Below, in pieces: positions 31,004 through 40,700 of a DNA stretch of 64,000 nucleotides. The DNA is taken from the NCBI GenBank assembly GCA_965223845.1, contig CBDCXR010000004.1:4480001-4544000 (forward strand), read 5' to 3'. The notes beneath the pieces are model-generated. The model did no database searches. It had not been told where the DNA came from and was given only the letters and a program-made list of their open reading frames with translations. This DNA is from Planctomycetota bacterium (GTDB lineage Bacteria; Planctomycetota; UBA8108; SXIK01). Within the stretch, counting starts at the first letter, position 1; every line of letters starts with the position of its first letter. The translations under genes were made by a program, and so were the position numbers.

Positions 31004-31279
31004 CTACCAGCGCCCGCCACCACCACCGCCGCCGCCACCTTGGCGTTCGCGCGCGATGTTCACGTTGAGCGCCCGACCTTGAAGCTCGTGACCGTTCAAC
31101 GCAGAGATCGCCGCCTCGGCGTTCTCCATTTCGACGAAGCCAAACCCGCGCGGGCGGCCGGTGTCGCGATCGGTGATGAGGTTCACGGAGTGGATCTCGC
31201 CGTACTCCGCGAAGAGCGCCTGAAGATCGTCGGACGTGACAGAAAAGGGAAGATTCCCGACGTAAAGCTTTTGAGCCAT
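31004..31279 (-). CDS. RRM (RNP-1) RNA-binding protein with Gly-rich tail
   Basis: RNP2 LYVGNL, RNP1 RGFGFVEM, GRALNVNIA, poly-Gly tail; ATG 31279 with AAGGAG RBS. Confidence 0.95.
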   Translation of the reverse strand: MAQKLYVGNLPFSVTSDDLQALFAEYGEIHSVNLITDRDTGRPRGFGFVEMENAEAAISALNGHELQGRALNVNIARERQGGGGGGGGGRW

Positions 31280-31731
31280 GACTCTCAGCTCCTTGAATTG
31301 GTTGCTTCGAGTACAGGCCCAGATACGTGGCACGAAGACGGCCGGTCCGACTAACGCTCAGTCGAACGAAAATCCGAGAGAGACAAGAGAGCAACAGATT
31401 GTAGAGACGGACTCGATGCTGAATCCGCCGTCGCCGCGAGAGCTCAGCTGGCTCCGCAGCAGATCGGTATGGTCCGGAGTATAGCTCAGGCGACCGAAAA
31501 TCCCATCAAAGCCTGAAGGTACTCTCCGCGAATCGGGCGGCTTCGGCCGAAAATCTCGGCTGGTGGGTCCAGATCAGCGCGTTGAAAAAGTGCTCCGAGT
31601 CGAGAACCGGCTCGTTTGCGCTCAGGTGAGCAGCGGCAAACGCAGGCGATCTCGGTGGGTCTCGGCGCCCCAGCTGAGCGTGGCCGCGCTGAGTTCTCGG
31701 CCGAATGACTTTCCTTGCCGGGGTGCTATCG

Positions 31732-32478
31732 TCACCGATAGAGCGGATTGGGATGATCGAAGCGACACCCGGCGTCCCATTGCGATCGCTGGTTGCCGTG
31801 AGCCGGGACGCCGCCCGCGTCCTTGATCATGCGCGCGAAATGCATCAGGTTCCACGTCATGAAGGTGGTGTTTCGGTTGGTGAAATCGTTCTCGGGGCCG
31901 CCCGATCCCGGATCGAGGTAAGACGGTCCCGGGCCCGCTTCACCGAGCCAGCCCGCGTCGGCCTGCGGCGGTATCACATAACCGAGATGCTGGAGCGAAT
32001 AGAGGATGTTCATGGCGCAGTGCTTCGCGCCGTCTTCGTTCCCGGTGATCAAGCAACCCCCGACGCGACCGTAGTACGCGTATTGCCCGTTCTCGTTGAG
32101 GTCACCCGACGACGAGTAGAGCCGCTCGATCGTCTTCGTGCACACCGACGATTTTTCGCCGAGCCAGATGGGCGATGTGATGACGAGAATCTGCGCCGCC
32201 TTCACTTTTTCGTAGATCTCGGGCCACTCGTCGGTCTTCCACCCGCGTTCGGTCATATCCGGATAGACACCGTAGGCGATCGAGTAATCGACGGGGCGAA
32301 GCACGTCGACGGTGACGCCGTTTTTCTCCATGATCGCGCGCGAAATCGCGACGAGGCCGTCCGTATGCGACTGCTCCGGTGATCGCTTCAAAGTGCAGTT
32401 GAGAAAGAGTGCTTTCAGGTCGGAGAAATCCCACTTGCTCGAGGAGCACAGCTCGAGCTGCTTATCGCTGAGTGACAT
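31732..32478 (-). CDS. Flavodoxin-like NADPH-dependent FMN reductase family protein
   Basis: LFLNCTLKRSP..SHT, ITSPIWLGEKSS, ITGNEDGAKH; ATG 32478 with GGAGG RBS. Confidence 0.9.
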   Translation of the reverse strand: MSLSDKQLELCSSSKWDFSDLKALFLNCTLKRSPEQSHTDGLVAISRAIMEKNGVTVDVLRPVDYSIAYGVYPDMTERGWKTDEWPEIYEKVKAAQILVITSPIWLGEKSSVCTKTIERLYSSSGDLNENGQYAYYGRVGGCLITGNEDGAKHCAMNILYSLQHLGYVIPPQADAGWLGEAGPGPSYLDPGSGGPENDFTNRNTTFMTWNLMHFARMIKDAGGVPAHGNQRSQWDAGCRFDHPNPLYR

Positions 32479-32564
32479 GATCGCCTCCAGTGTTCTCACG
32501 TAGTTTTCGTGCGAGAGGACCGATCTGACGCTCCGATGGGATCATCGGGCCGGCTTGCGTCCGG

Positions 32565-33629
32565 TCACTCCCCCACGACTTGTCCGACACTCGGGCCAAG
32601 CGCTCCGCGTTCGGCCGCAGCGATCACCTCCATCGCCGCGACCCCGTCGCGATGCGTTACCGAGAACGGCGCTTCCGAGCAACAACGATCGACGAACTCC
32701 TCCAGTTCCCGCCGATACGCCGGGCCGAATCGATCGACGAACTCCGGCAGCGGGCGCCCGTAGTTCCGCATCGGGTACGTCGCCCGCGCGATCGTCTTCG
32801 TCCGCCCGTACGCCTCGACGACCACGTCGAACGGCGTTCGCTCGAAGTGACCCGAATGGATCACTCCTTCCTCGCCAAAGATCCACGTCTCAACGCGGTA
32901 CCCGGAAACGTGGTTGCGACTCACTTGCACTTGACCGACGAGCTCGTCGTCGAACCAGAGGGAAATGATCCCGTCGTCGAAATCCTCATTCGCCGTCGAC
33001 ATGCGATGGCTGTAGAGATTCGCACCTAGCGACGCCGCGCGCTGGGGAGTGCGCTCCATGATCCAGAGGATCTCATCGACGTTGTGGACCGACATGTCCT
33101 TCAGGATCCCGGAGGAGACGTAGCCATCGGGAAGCGGCCCCGAGTCTTCGAGAACCGAGACGATTTTGAACGGGCGACCGATAGCGCCTTCCTCGAGGAG
33201 GCGCTTCGCGTGGCGGAGCGGCTCATCGAATCGTCGCTGAAACGCGAGCATGACCCCGTCGGGCGCCTCCCGATCGACCCACGCCGCGAACTCGCGGTCG
33301 TCCGCGAGCGAAGTCGTCATCGGTTTCTCGAGGAGAACACGGCAGCCCGAGCGAAGGAGGATCTCCGCGTGCTCGCGGTGAAGGCTCGTCGGCGTGCCGA
33401 CGACCGCCGCGTTCGCCGCTCCTGATTTCGCGAGCTCCTCGACACTCGCGAACACGTGCGCCGCCGACAAATCGAGCTCGCGTCGAAGCCGCTCCGCTCG
33501 AGCCGCCTCGGTGTCGACGAGGGCGGTGACGGAGCAGCATCCCGTCTCCGCCGCAAGCTCGCGGGCGTGGAGGGCGTGAAGCGCTCCGATGCGACCGAGT
33601 CCCACGATCGCGAGGTTCAAGCTTTCCAT
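32565..33629 (-). CDS. Gfo/Idh/MocA oxidoreductase (inositol 2-dehydrogenase-like)
   Basis: IVGLGRIG, TPTSLH, LLEKP, AFQRRFD, DMSVHNVD. Confidence 0.92.
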   Translation of the reverse strand: MESLNLAIVGLGRIGALHALHARELAAETGCCSVTALVDTEAARAERLRRELDLSAAHVFASVEELAKSGAANAAVVGTPTSLHREHAEILLRSGCRVLLEKPMTTSLADDREFAAWVDREAPDGVMLAFQRRFDEPLRHAKRLLEEGAIGRPFKIVSVLEDSGPLPDGYVSSGILKDMSVHNVDEILWIMERTPQRAASLGANLYSHRMSTANEDFDDGIISLWFDDELVGQVQVSRNHVSGYRVETWIFGEEGVIHSGHFERTPFDVVVEAYGRTKTIARATYPMRNYGRPLPEFVDRFGPAYRRELEEFVDRCCSEAPFSVTHRDGVAAMEVIAAAERGALGPSVGQVVGE

Positions 33630-33830
33630 GGTAGACGTCTACGCATGAGAGCGGATTGAAGACGAAAAAATGCCGTCTGGAGGCTCTTCCGAACCGCCAG
33701 ACGGCACCAGCTTATCCGCACGCAAGCGCGACAGCCACCGCGGCGCACCATCGTGCCGACGACTCTCTATCGCTCGTTTCTTGGCTTCGGCTCTCCGTGC
33801 AAATCACTCAACCAGAGGACGCCGAGAACG

Positions 33831-35591
33831 CTAGTCTTCTTCGACGGGCGGCGCGCACTCCGGAGATCCGAAGCAGCCGAGAGAATTCTCAGGCGTTGGA
33901 TCTTCGCCGCACGACTCGAACGGCGGTCGCGGCGCCGGACCGTCCGAGAAGAGGTAGTTGAGGAGGTAGATCCCACTCGAGATATTGACGGCGCCCGAAT
34001 CGTTGACGTCAGCCGCGTTCATGCAGATCGGCCGTTGCCCCGAAGAAAAGAGATGATTGAGAAGGAACATCGCGTCGGCGACGTTCACTTCCGCATCCCC
34101 GTTCGTGTCGCCGCGACGGAACGTCGTCACTTCGCCGACGATGTTGAGGAAGCCGTTGACGAAGATGAACGAATCGAGCAGCTCCGGCGGCACGTGAAAC
34201 CCACGCGAGCGGATCATGTTATCGGTGTGGCACCCCCACTCCGACGGATCAGGGTGAGGACAGCGAGGCGACCCGTCGACGAACCGGATCTCCGTCGTCT
34301 GCTCGGAGGCGCCCGGTCGGACCCGGAAGTGAAGGTTGACGACCGTCTGGGGATCTCCGATCGGGATCACATTGACGGTGTCGAACGGCGCGCTGATCCT
34401 CACGGTGCCGACGGCGTAACCTTCCTCCCTCACCGTGTTCCCGGGAATGTTGTTGAGGTTGTTCGCTAAGACTCCGTGCTCCCAAACGAAATCCTCGCCG
34501 TCTTGCCGCTCGTAGACGATTTCGACCTCGGTGGCTTCGAGCACTTCTTCGTCAAAGTCGATCGAGAACGAGAAGCCTTGCGTGAGGCCGGTCGTCTCGA
34601 TCGTGAACGGTATCACGACAGACTCGCCCGGAGCGGCCTCACCACTCCCGAGCGCAAACTCGACGTCGAAATCGGGCTTCTCGAAGGGGAGCTTCGGCTC
34701 GATTGCGCACTCCTCGGACCCGACGTCATTCACGACGGTCAGCGTCCCACCGATCAACTCGGGGACGACCGCCCGCCCGGTTTCGTAATCGGCGATCTCG
34801 CCCACGATCATCTCGAGCGGATACTCGCCCGCTGGCGTCCCTTCGCGGAGACAGAGCTCGATCTCGAGTACGAATTGCTCCTCGCCGTCTGGTCCGAAAA
34901 CCTGTGCTCCCAGCGAGCTCAGGTACGAAAACCTGAGCTCGCTCCCTTTGGTCTTTGCGCCGATGAACCCGTGTAGATAGGTATTCGACAAGTCGAACAC
35001 GCGAATGTTTCCGTCCTGGCCGGCGAGCTCCTCTCGGTTGAAGATCGCGGTCTGACCGGACTCGAAGAGATCCCCGGCGTCGAGGGACGCCTGGTAGCCC
35101 GCGAACGATCGAGAGTTGGTGATCGCGACGACGATCGTCGCCGTACGGACGGAACCGCCCTCGGCGACAGCGTCGAGAACTCGAATGGAGGCGACCGGAT
35201 CATCGATCGGTTCCGTCGTTTCGTCTCCGCACGGCCAGTTCGCGTCGAGCGGACCTAGATGCGACTCGGGAGGCGGCGTGTCAGCCGTCCCGTCCGAGCC
35301 CGGGGCGGGAAACGGGGCGGCGGGAGGTTCTTCATCCTCGAACGCGAGGTAGTTCATGAGTCCGAGCGGATCGCGGATGTTGAGTCCCCCGTCGTCGTTC
35401 ACGTCCGCAGCGTCGCCGCACAGAAGCTCGGACTCGCCGAGATCGATAAAGATAAACCGGAGGCCGGCGTGGACGTCCGCCCACGTGGCTTCGCCATCGC
35501 CGTTCCAGTCGCCGCGGATGAAATCGGCGTAGAGGGCGGGCGAGTAGACAAAGGAAACCGTCAGAACAATCGCAGCCAGTGTGGTCTTCAT
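33831..35591 (-). CDS. Secreted dockerin-like / two cohesin-like / dockerin-like protein, paralog A
   Basis: Signal peptide MKTTLAAIVLTVSFVYSPALYA; FIRGDWNGDG...DVNDDG; beta-sandwich GEAAPGESVVIPFTI...GFSFSIDFDEEVL; FRRGDTNGDAEVNVAD...DVNDSG. Confidence 0.8.
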   Translation of the reverse strand: MKTTLAAIVLTVSFVYSPALYADFIRGDWNGDGEATWADVHAGLRFIFIDLGESELLCGDAADVNDDGGLNIRDPLGLMNYLAFEDEEPPAAPFPAPGSDGTADTPPPESHLGPLDANWPCGDETTEPIDDPVASIRVLDAVAEGGSVRTATIVVAITNSRSFAGYQASLDAGDLFESGQTAIFNREELAGQDGNIRVFDLSNTYLHGFIGAKTKGSELRFSYLSSLGAQVFGPDGEEQFVLEIELCLREGTPAGEYPLEMIVGEIADYETGRAVVPELIGGTLTVVNDVGSEECAIEPKLPFEKPDFDVEFALGSGEAAPGESVVIPFTIETTGLTQGFSFSIDFDEEVLEATEVEIVYERQDGEDFVWEHGVLANNLNNIPGNTVREEGYAVGTVRISAPFDTVNVIPIGDPQTVVNLHFRVRPGASEQTTEIRFVDGSPRCPHPDPSEWGCHTDNMIRSRGFHVPPELLDSFIFVNGFLNIVGEVTTFRRGDTNGDAEVNVADAMFLLNHLFSSGQRPICMNAADVNDSGAVNISSGIYLLNYLFSDGPAPRPPFESCGEDPTPENSLGCFGSPECAPPVEED

Positions 35592-35652
35592 CGAAATTCC
35601 TCTCGCAATGAGACTCGCGCCCATGAAAATCGCGTCCGTCGCGGGCGACCGC

Positions 35653-37422
35653 CTACTCTTCAGCGGTAACGCACGTCGGCGAGCGACGGCAGCTCAGCGA
35701 ACCGCCGGGGGTCGGGTCTTCACCGCACTCCTCGAACGGAGCTTTCGGCGGAGCACCGTCCGAGAACAGGTAGTTCAGCAGGTAGAGTCCACTCGAAATG
35801 GTGACGCGGCCGACATCGCTCACGTCGGCTTCCTTCATGCATTCAGGCGCCCGAGCGTCCGCGAACAAGTACTCGAGAATGTGAATCGCGTCCGCGACGT
35901 TCACGTCCCCGTCGCTGTTCGTATCGCCGCGACGAAACGTCGTCACTTCACCGATGATCTCGAGGAAGCCATCGATGAAGACGAACGAATCGAATAGCTC
36001 GGGGGGAATCGCGTATCCACGGGAATTCACCGTGTTCTCGGTCGGGCAGTGCCATTCCGCCGGTGGCGTGTTCCGCCGACAGAATCGTCCCCCGTTAATG
36101 AATCGGAGCTCGGTGATCTGAGCCGTGGCGTCTGGTTTCACACGGAAGCGGAAGTTGAGTGCCGTCTCAAACTCGCCCTCGGGGATCACGTTGTCCTGAT
36201 CGTAAGGTAGGCTGATCGTCACCCTCCCGGCGAGAAACCCCTCGTCGACTCCGTCGTCTCCGGGGAAGTCGTTATGATTGCTCCACGCCCACTTGGCTGA
36301 CTCGTATTCCGCGCCGTCCGGCCGGCGGAAGACCGCTTCGATGTCCTCGACCTCGAGAAGCCTCTCGTCGAAATCGACCGAGAACGTATAGCCCTGGGTG
36401 GGGCCAGCGGTCTTGATAAAAAACGGGATCGTGACCTCTTCCCCCGGAGCGGCGTCTCCCGTTCCGAGAGCGAATGCGACATCGAACTCTGGCGCCGCGA
36501 ACGGGGGCCTCTCTTCGATGATGCACTCGTTCGACGCAACGTCGTTTAGGACGGTGAGCGTACCGCCCACGAGCTCAGGATAGATCGCACGCCCCGACTC
36601 GTAGTCCACGAGCTCGCCGAGGCTCAAGTTCAGCGGATACTCGCCGGCTGGGGTACCTTCCCGAAGGCAGACTTCGATCTCGAGCGCGAGTTGATCCTCT
36701 CCAGCCGGAATCAAACTCACTGCGCTGATCGAAGCCATGTATCCGAACGTCACCTTGCTTTCCTCGATCTTGGTGCCGATGTATCCATGGAGGAATGTGT
36801 TCGACAAGTCGAAGACATGCGAATTAATGTGCTCCTCACTCATCTCGGCATCACCCAAGATGCTATCAGCATCGATGCGCCCATAGTACCCGGCGATGCT
36901 CGTGGAACTGGACACTGCGAGAACGATCTTCGCGTTCCTGACGGCACCGCCAGCCGCCACCGTGTCGAGGATGCGAAGCGACGCGGCGGCATCCTCGAGC
37001 GCCGATCCGTCGATCTCAGAATCACACGGCAGCCACGTCGAAGGCTCGCCGGTCGGATCCTCTCCGGGATCGGGATAGGGCGCGGACGGTGCGGAGCGAT
37101 CACCAAACGTAAGAAATCGAAGCAAGTGGACTGGGTCGCTGATGTTGAACTGTTCGTCGTCGTTCACATCTCCGGCGTCGGCGCAGAACACCTCGCTGAG
37201 ATCGGCGAAGAGAAACCCGAGCATCTTGTGACCGTCCGCCCAAGTGACCTCGCCGTCGCCGTTCGCATCTCCGCGCACGAATTCGCCACCGAGCAACGCC
37301 GAGCTCGGCTGGACGCTGGCGACCGCGACGACCATCGCGTACGCCAAGGTGGGGAAGACACGGCGAGCGGTCAACACAGCTGAAGCGCGCCGCTCCGTAC
37401 GCGGCATCGTCGTCGAATTCAT
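35653..37422 (-). CDS. Secreted dockerin-like / two cohesin-like / dockerin-like protein, paralog B
   Basis: ATG 37422 with GAGGGAG RBS; FVRGDANGDG...DVNDD; GDAAPGEEVTIPFFI...GYTFSVDFDERLL; FRRGDTNSDGDVNVAD; collinear with paralog A. Confidence 0.8.
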   Translation of the reverse strand: MNSTTMPRTERRASAVLTARRVFPTLAYAMVVAVASVQPSSALLGGEFVRGDANGDGEVTWADGHKMLGFLFADLSEVFCADAGDVNDDEQFNISDPVHLLRFLTFGDRSAPSAPYPDPGEDPTGEPSTWLPCDSEIDGSALEDAAASLRILDTVAAGGAVRNAKIVLAVSSSTSIAGYYGRIDADSILGDAEMSEEHINSHVFDLSNTFLHGYIGTKIEESKVTFGYMASISAVSLIPAGEDQLALEIEVCLREGTPAGEYPLNLSLGELVDYESGRAIYPELVGGTLTVLNDVASNECIIEERPPFAAPEFDVAFALGTGDAAPGEEVTIPFFIKTAGPTQGYTFSVDFDERLLEVEDIEAVFRRPDGAEYESAKWAWSNHNDFPGDDGVDEGFLAGRVTISLPYDQDNVIPEGEFETALNFRFRVKPDATAQITELRFINGGRFCRRNTPPAEWHCPTENTVNSRGYAIPPELFDSFVFIDGFLEIIGEVTTFRRGDTNSDGDVNVADAIHILEYLFADARAPECMKEADVSDVGRVTISSGLYLLNYLFSDGAPPKAPFEECGEDPTPGGSLSCRRSPTCVTAEE

Positions 37423-37523
37423 AGCTCCCTCTCCCAGTCTCTGAATTCGCGCGGGGCAGATCCGTACACACTCGTTCCGGCTGCAGCACCCGGAAATCCC
37501 GTCCCGCGGCATCGAGAGGCGAG

Positions 37524-37565
37524 CGCAAACTCCGTTCCTTCCGCGCGGACGGAACCCGCTTTGCG
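37524..37565. promoter_or_regulatory. Back-to-back sigma54-like -24/-12 promoters
   Basis: Minus strand GGAACGGAGTTTGC (37538-37525) and plus strand GGAACCCGCTTTGC (37551-37564). Both are GG-N10-GC with TTGC, next to a sigma54 activator gene. Confidence 0.55.
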
Positions 37566-37730
37566 TGACGTTCCCGCACGAATTCGCCGGTTTTCCCCGT
37601 CTGAAACGCGTCGATTCTGCTGCGGATCCGGGCGGGCGCCGGTTCGCCAGCTCGGAATGCTGTAAAGTGATCTTTACTCCTCTTGCCGCCCGTAGAGTCC
37701 CGGCGGTTCCATATCAGAGCAGTTCTCAGC

Positions 37731-40700
37731 ATGAACACAGGAGATTCGATCGGCGAAGGCCTTCGGGTTTGCGGGAGCCTCAACGAGAGCCTATCCGGCG
37801 TGGGGTCGTCGTCGCCGCGCTACCTCGTTTCGGCGGTCGGCAGCCGCCGACGCCGCCCCCGGTGGGTGCTCCGGTGGTGGCCCGACGCCTCCGAGATCGA
37901 CGCTTCGCTTCGCGCTCGACTCCTCCGGCTGGCGACTCTCGACCACGCCGCACTCGCTCTCCCGTGCGACTTCGGGCTCGACAACGCGACCGGCCGCACG
38001 TACTCGCTACGGACCTACATCGACGGCGCGCCACTCCTCAGCGCGCTCGAGGGAAAATCACCGCGCGAGATCCTCCCGTGGCTGGTCGCGACGACGGAAG
38101 CTCTCGAAACGCTGCATCGCTTCCGGCTCGAACACGGGCGCGTCTCCGCCGAGAACGTCATTGTGCCGCGTTCGAGCCTGTTTGGGAGACGAGTCGCGGG
38201 GACTCCGCTCGCCGTGCTCACCGACCCTCTCGTCGAGATGGCCGAAGCGAAGACGCGTTTCGATGCCGCACCAGACTTGAGCGCTCTCGGCGAACTCTTC
38301 TATCGCATACTCACGCGCCACGAGATCGAGCTCGAACCCACCGGCTTTCCCGTCGCTCCCGCGAAGCTGAATCCCGCGATTCCCGTCGATCTCGAGCGCG
38401 TGCTGCTCAAGCTCCTTCACCCCGAGGCGGCTAAGCGATACCGGGACGCGTCCGAACTCTCCGAGGACCTCCGACGGATTCCGGGCGCGGAGTCGTGCCC
38501 CGAACTCCCGCCCGCCGGGTGCTTCGTCCATCGAGAACGAGAGCTCGCGCGCGCGACGGAGTGCCTGCGTGAACCCTCGCGAGCCTTCGCCATCGCAATC
38601 ACCGGCGAGGCGGGGATCGGAAAAAGCGCGTTCGTCGACCGCCTCGTCCTCGAAGCGAAGACGCGCGGCTACCTGACCGTCGGCGTACGCTGCTACCGCG
38701 AGAGCGAGACGGCGCTCGCGCCTCTCCGAGCGCTCGCCGCAAGACTGGCGACCGCCGAGCATCGGCGTTCGACACTCGGCGCACGCATCGATCGTCTGCT
38801 CGAGGAGAGCGACTTTCAACCGGAGCCCGGAGCACGCCGAGCCGTCCTGCGCGGGCTGGTCGATTACTTCACCTCGTGTGTCCGGCGACGACCGACGCTC
38901 ATCGTCGTCGACGAAGTTCACTTCGCCGACCCTCTGACGGTGGAGTTCCTCGTCGAGGTGACACGGGAGATCTCGTTGCAGGAGAGGAGAGCCGCGCGCG
39001 GGGATTCCTCGCCGCGTCTCTCCCTCGCTATGACCTACCGGAGCGAGAGCTCGTTTCGACCGGCGCTCGCCCCCCTCCTCGATCGAATCGCTGCGTCCGA
39101 CGCGGAATTGATCGCGATCGAGCTCGACGCGTTGTCGGACGACGCGGTTACCGAGTGGGTCGAGCGGACGTCGAGGGATCCGCGGGTTCGTCGCGCGGCA
39201 ACGTCGCTTTCGGCGCCGTTTCGAGGGAATCCGTTCGCGATCCGCCAGGTCCTTTGTGGAGCGCCTCCCGTCGCCCTCGCCGAACCGGACGACGACGGCC
39301 GGCGTCTCCACGGCTGGTGGGTCGCGCAACTCAGCGACTCCGAGCAAAGATTCGTTCAATTCCTAGCGGTCCTCGGACGCCCTGCGCCGGTCGAGCTGCT
39401 GTCCGAGCTCACCGGCGAAGGGATGACGGCAACGAAGCGCCACGTCGCGACGCTGGCATCCGTCGATCTCGTGAGCCACGAGGACGACCTGGTTTTCTTT
39501 CGGCACGGTTCGATGGAGGAAGGCATCCGGTCTTCGCTGTCATCGGGCGACATGGCGTCGATGCACGAGCGAATCGCTCTTGCGCTCGCAAACCGGGCCG
39601 ACGAGAGCGGGGCGGAGCTTGCGCATCATTGGCTCCGCTCGACGACACCGGAGCGCGGGTTCGAAGTCGGACTCGAAGCCGCGCGCGATCTCGCCCGCAA
39701 CCACGAGGACGGGCGCGCGCTCGACTTCTACCGTCGCGTCGCGGAGCTCGTTCCCGATGATCGTCGCGATCTTCGACGTGGAGTTCTCAGAGAGACCGCC
39801 GATCTGCTGGCGAAAACCGGGGACTACGCGGGAGGGATCGAGATCCTCGAGTCGATGCTCGGCGAGCTGAGTACCGCCGAGCTCGCTCACGTACGCGGCC
39901 GGATCGGGTTCTATCACCACCTCGCCGGACAGATCGCGGAGGCGGTCGTCCACTTCGAAGCCGCGAGAGCTCTCCTCCACGGCGAGGGCGAATCCAGCTC
40001 CGATCGCGATCGATTCATGATCGAATCTGAGCTCGCAACGATCGCTCTTCACCGCGGCGAGTACGAACGGGTCGCGCGTATCTGCCGACACGCGATCGAA
40101 GCGCTCTCGAGTCGAGCGTCCACGACTGAGGACCGCGCCTTAACTCGCGCGACGATGAGTCTTCACGCGACGCTCGGCTGCGTCGCGCTCCGACGATTCT
40201 CCTACGGCGACGCACGGAAGTTCTTTGAGCAAAGCTTGGAAAGCGGAGCGGAGCTCGCGGCGGTCCCCGAGAAGAGCCTCGTCTACAACAACCTCGGCGT
40301 TCTCCACGTACAACAGGACCGCTACCGCGACGCGATCGCGGCCTTCCGCCGCGCCGCCGAGATCGCACGCCAACTCGGTCAGGATCTCATGCTCGTGAGC
40401 GTCGAAGGGAACCTCGCGGTCCTGCACGCAAAGATCGGCGACGGGAAAGCAGCCGAGGCCGCGCTCGAGCGGACCGCACTCTGCGCGGCGCGTTCCGGCT
40501 CGCGTCGAGCTCGTTTCCTACACCTCCACTCGGCAGGACTCGTCGCGCTCGTTTCTGGGCACTACGCAACTGCGATCTCGTCGTTCAAGGAGGCGATCAT
40601 CGTGGGCGGCGAGCTCGGCGACCGCCACATGGTCGCGTTCGACCTCGTCTATCTCGGCGAATGCCAACTCTATCGAGGCGAGGCGACGGCGGCAGCGGCT

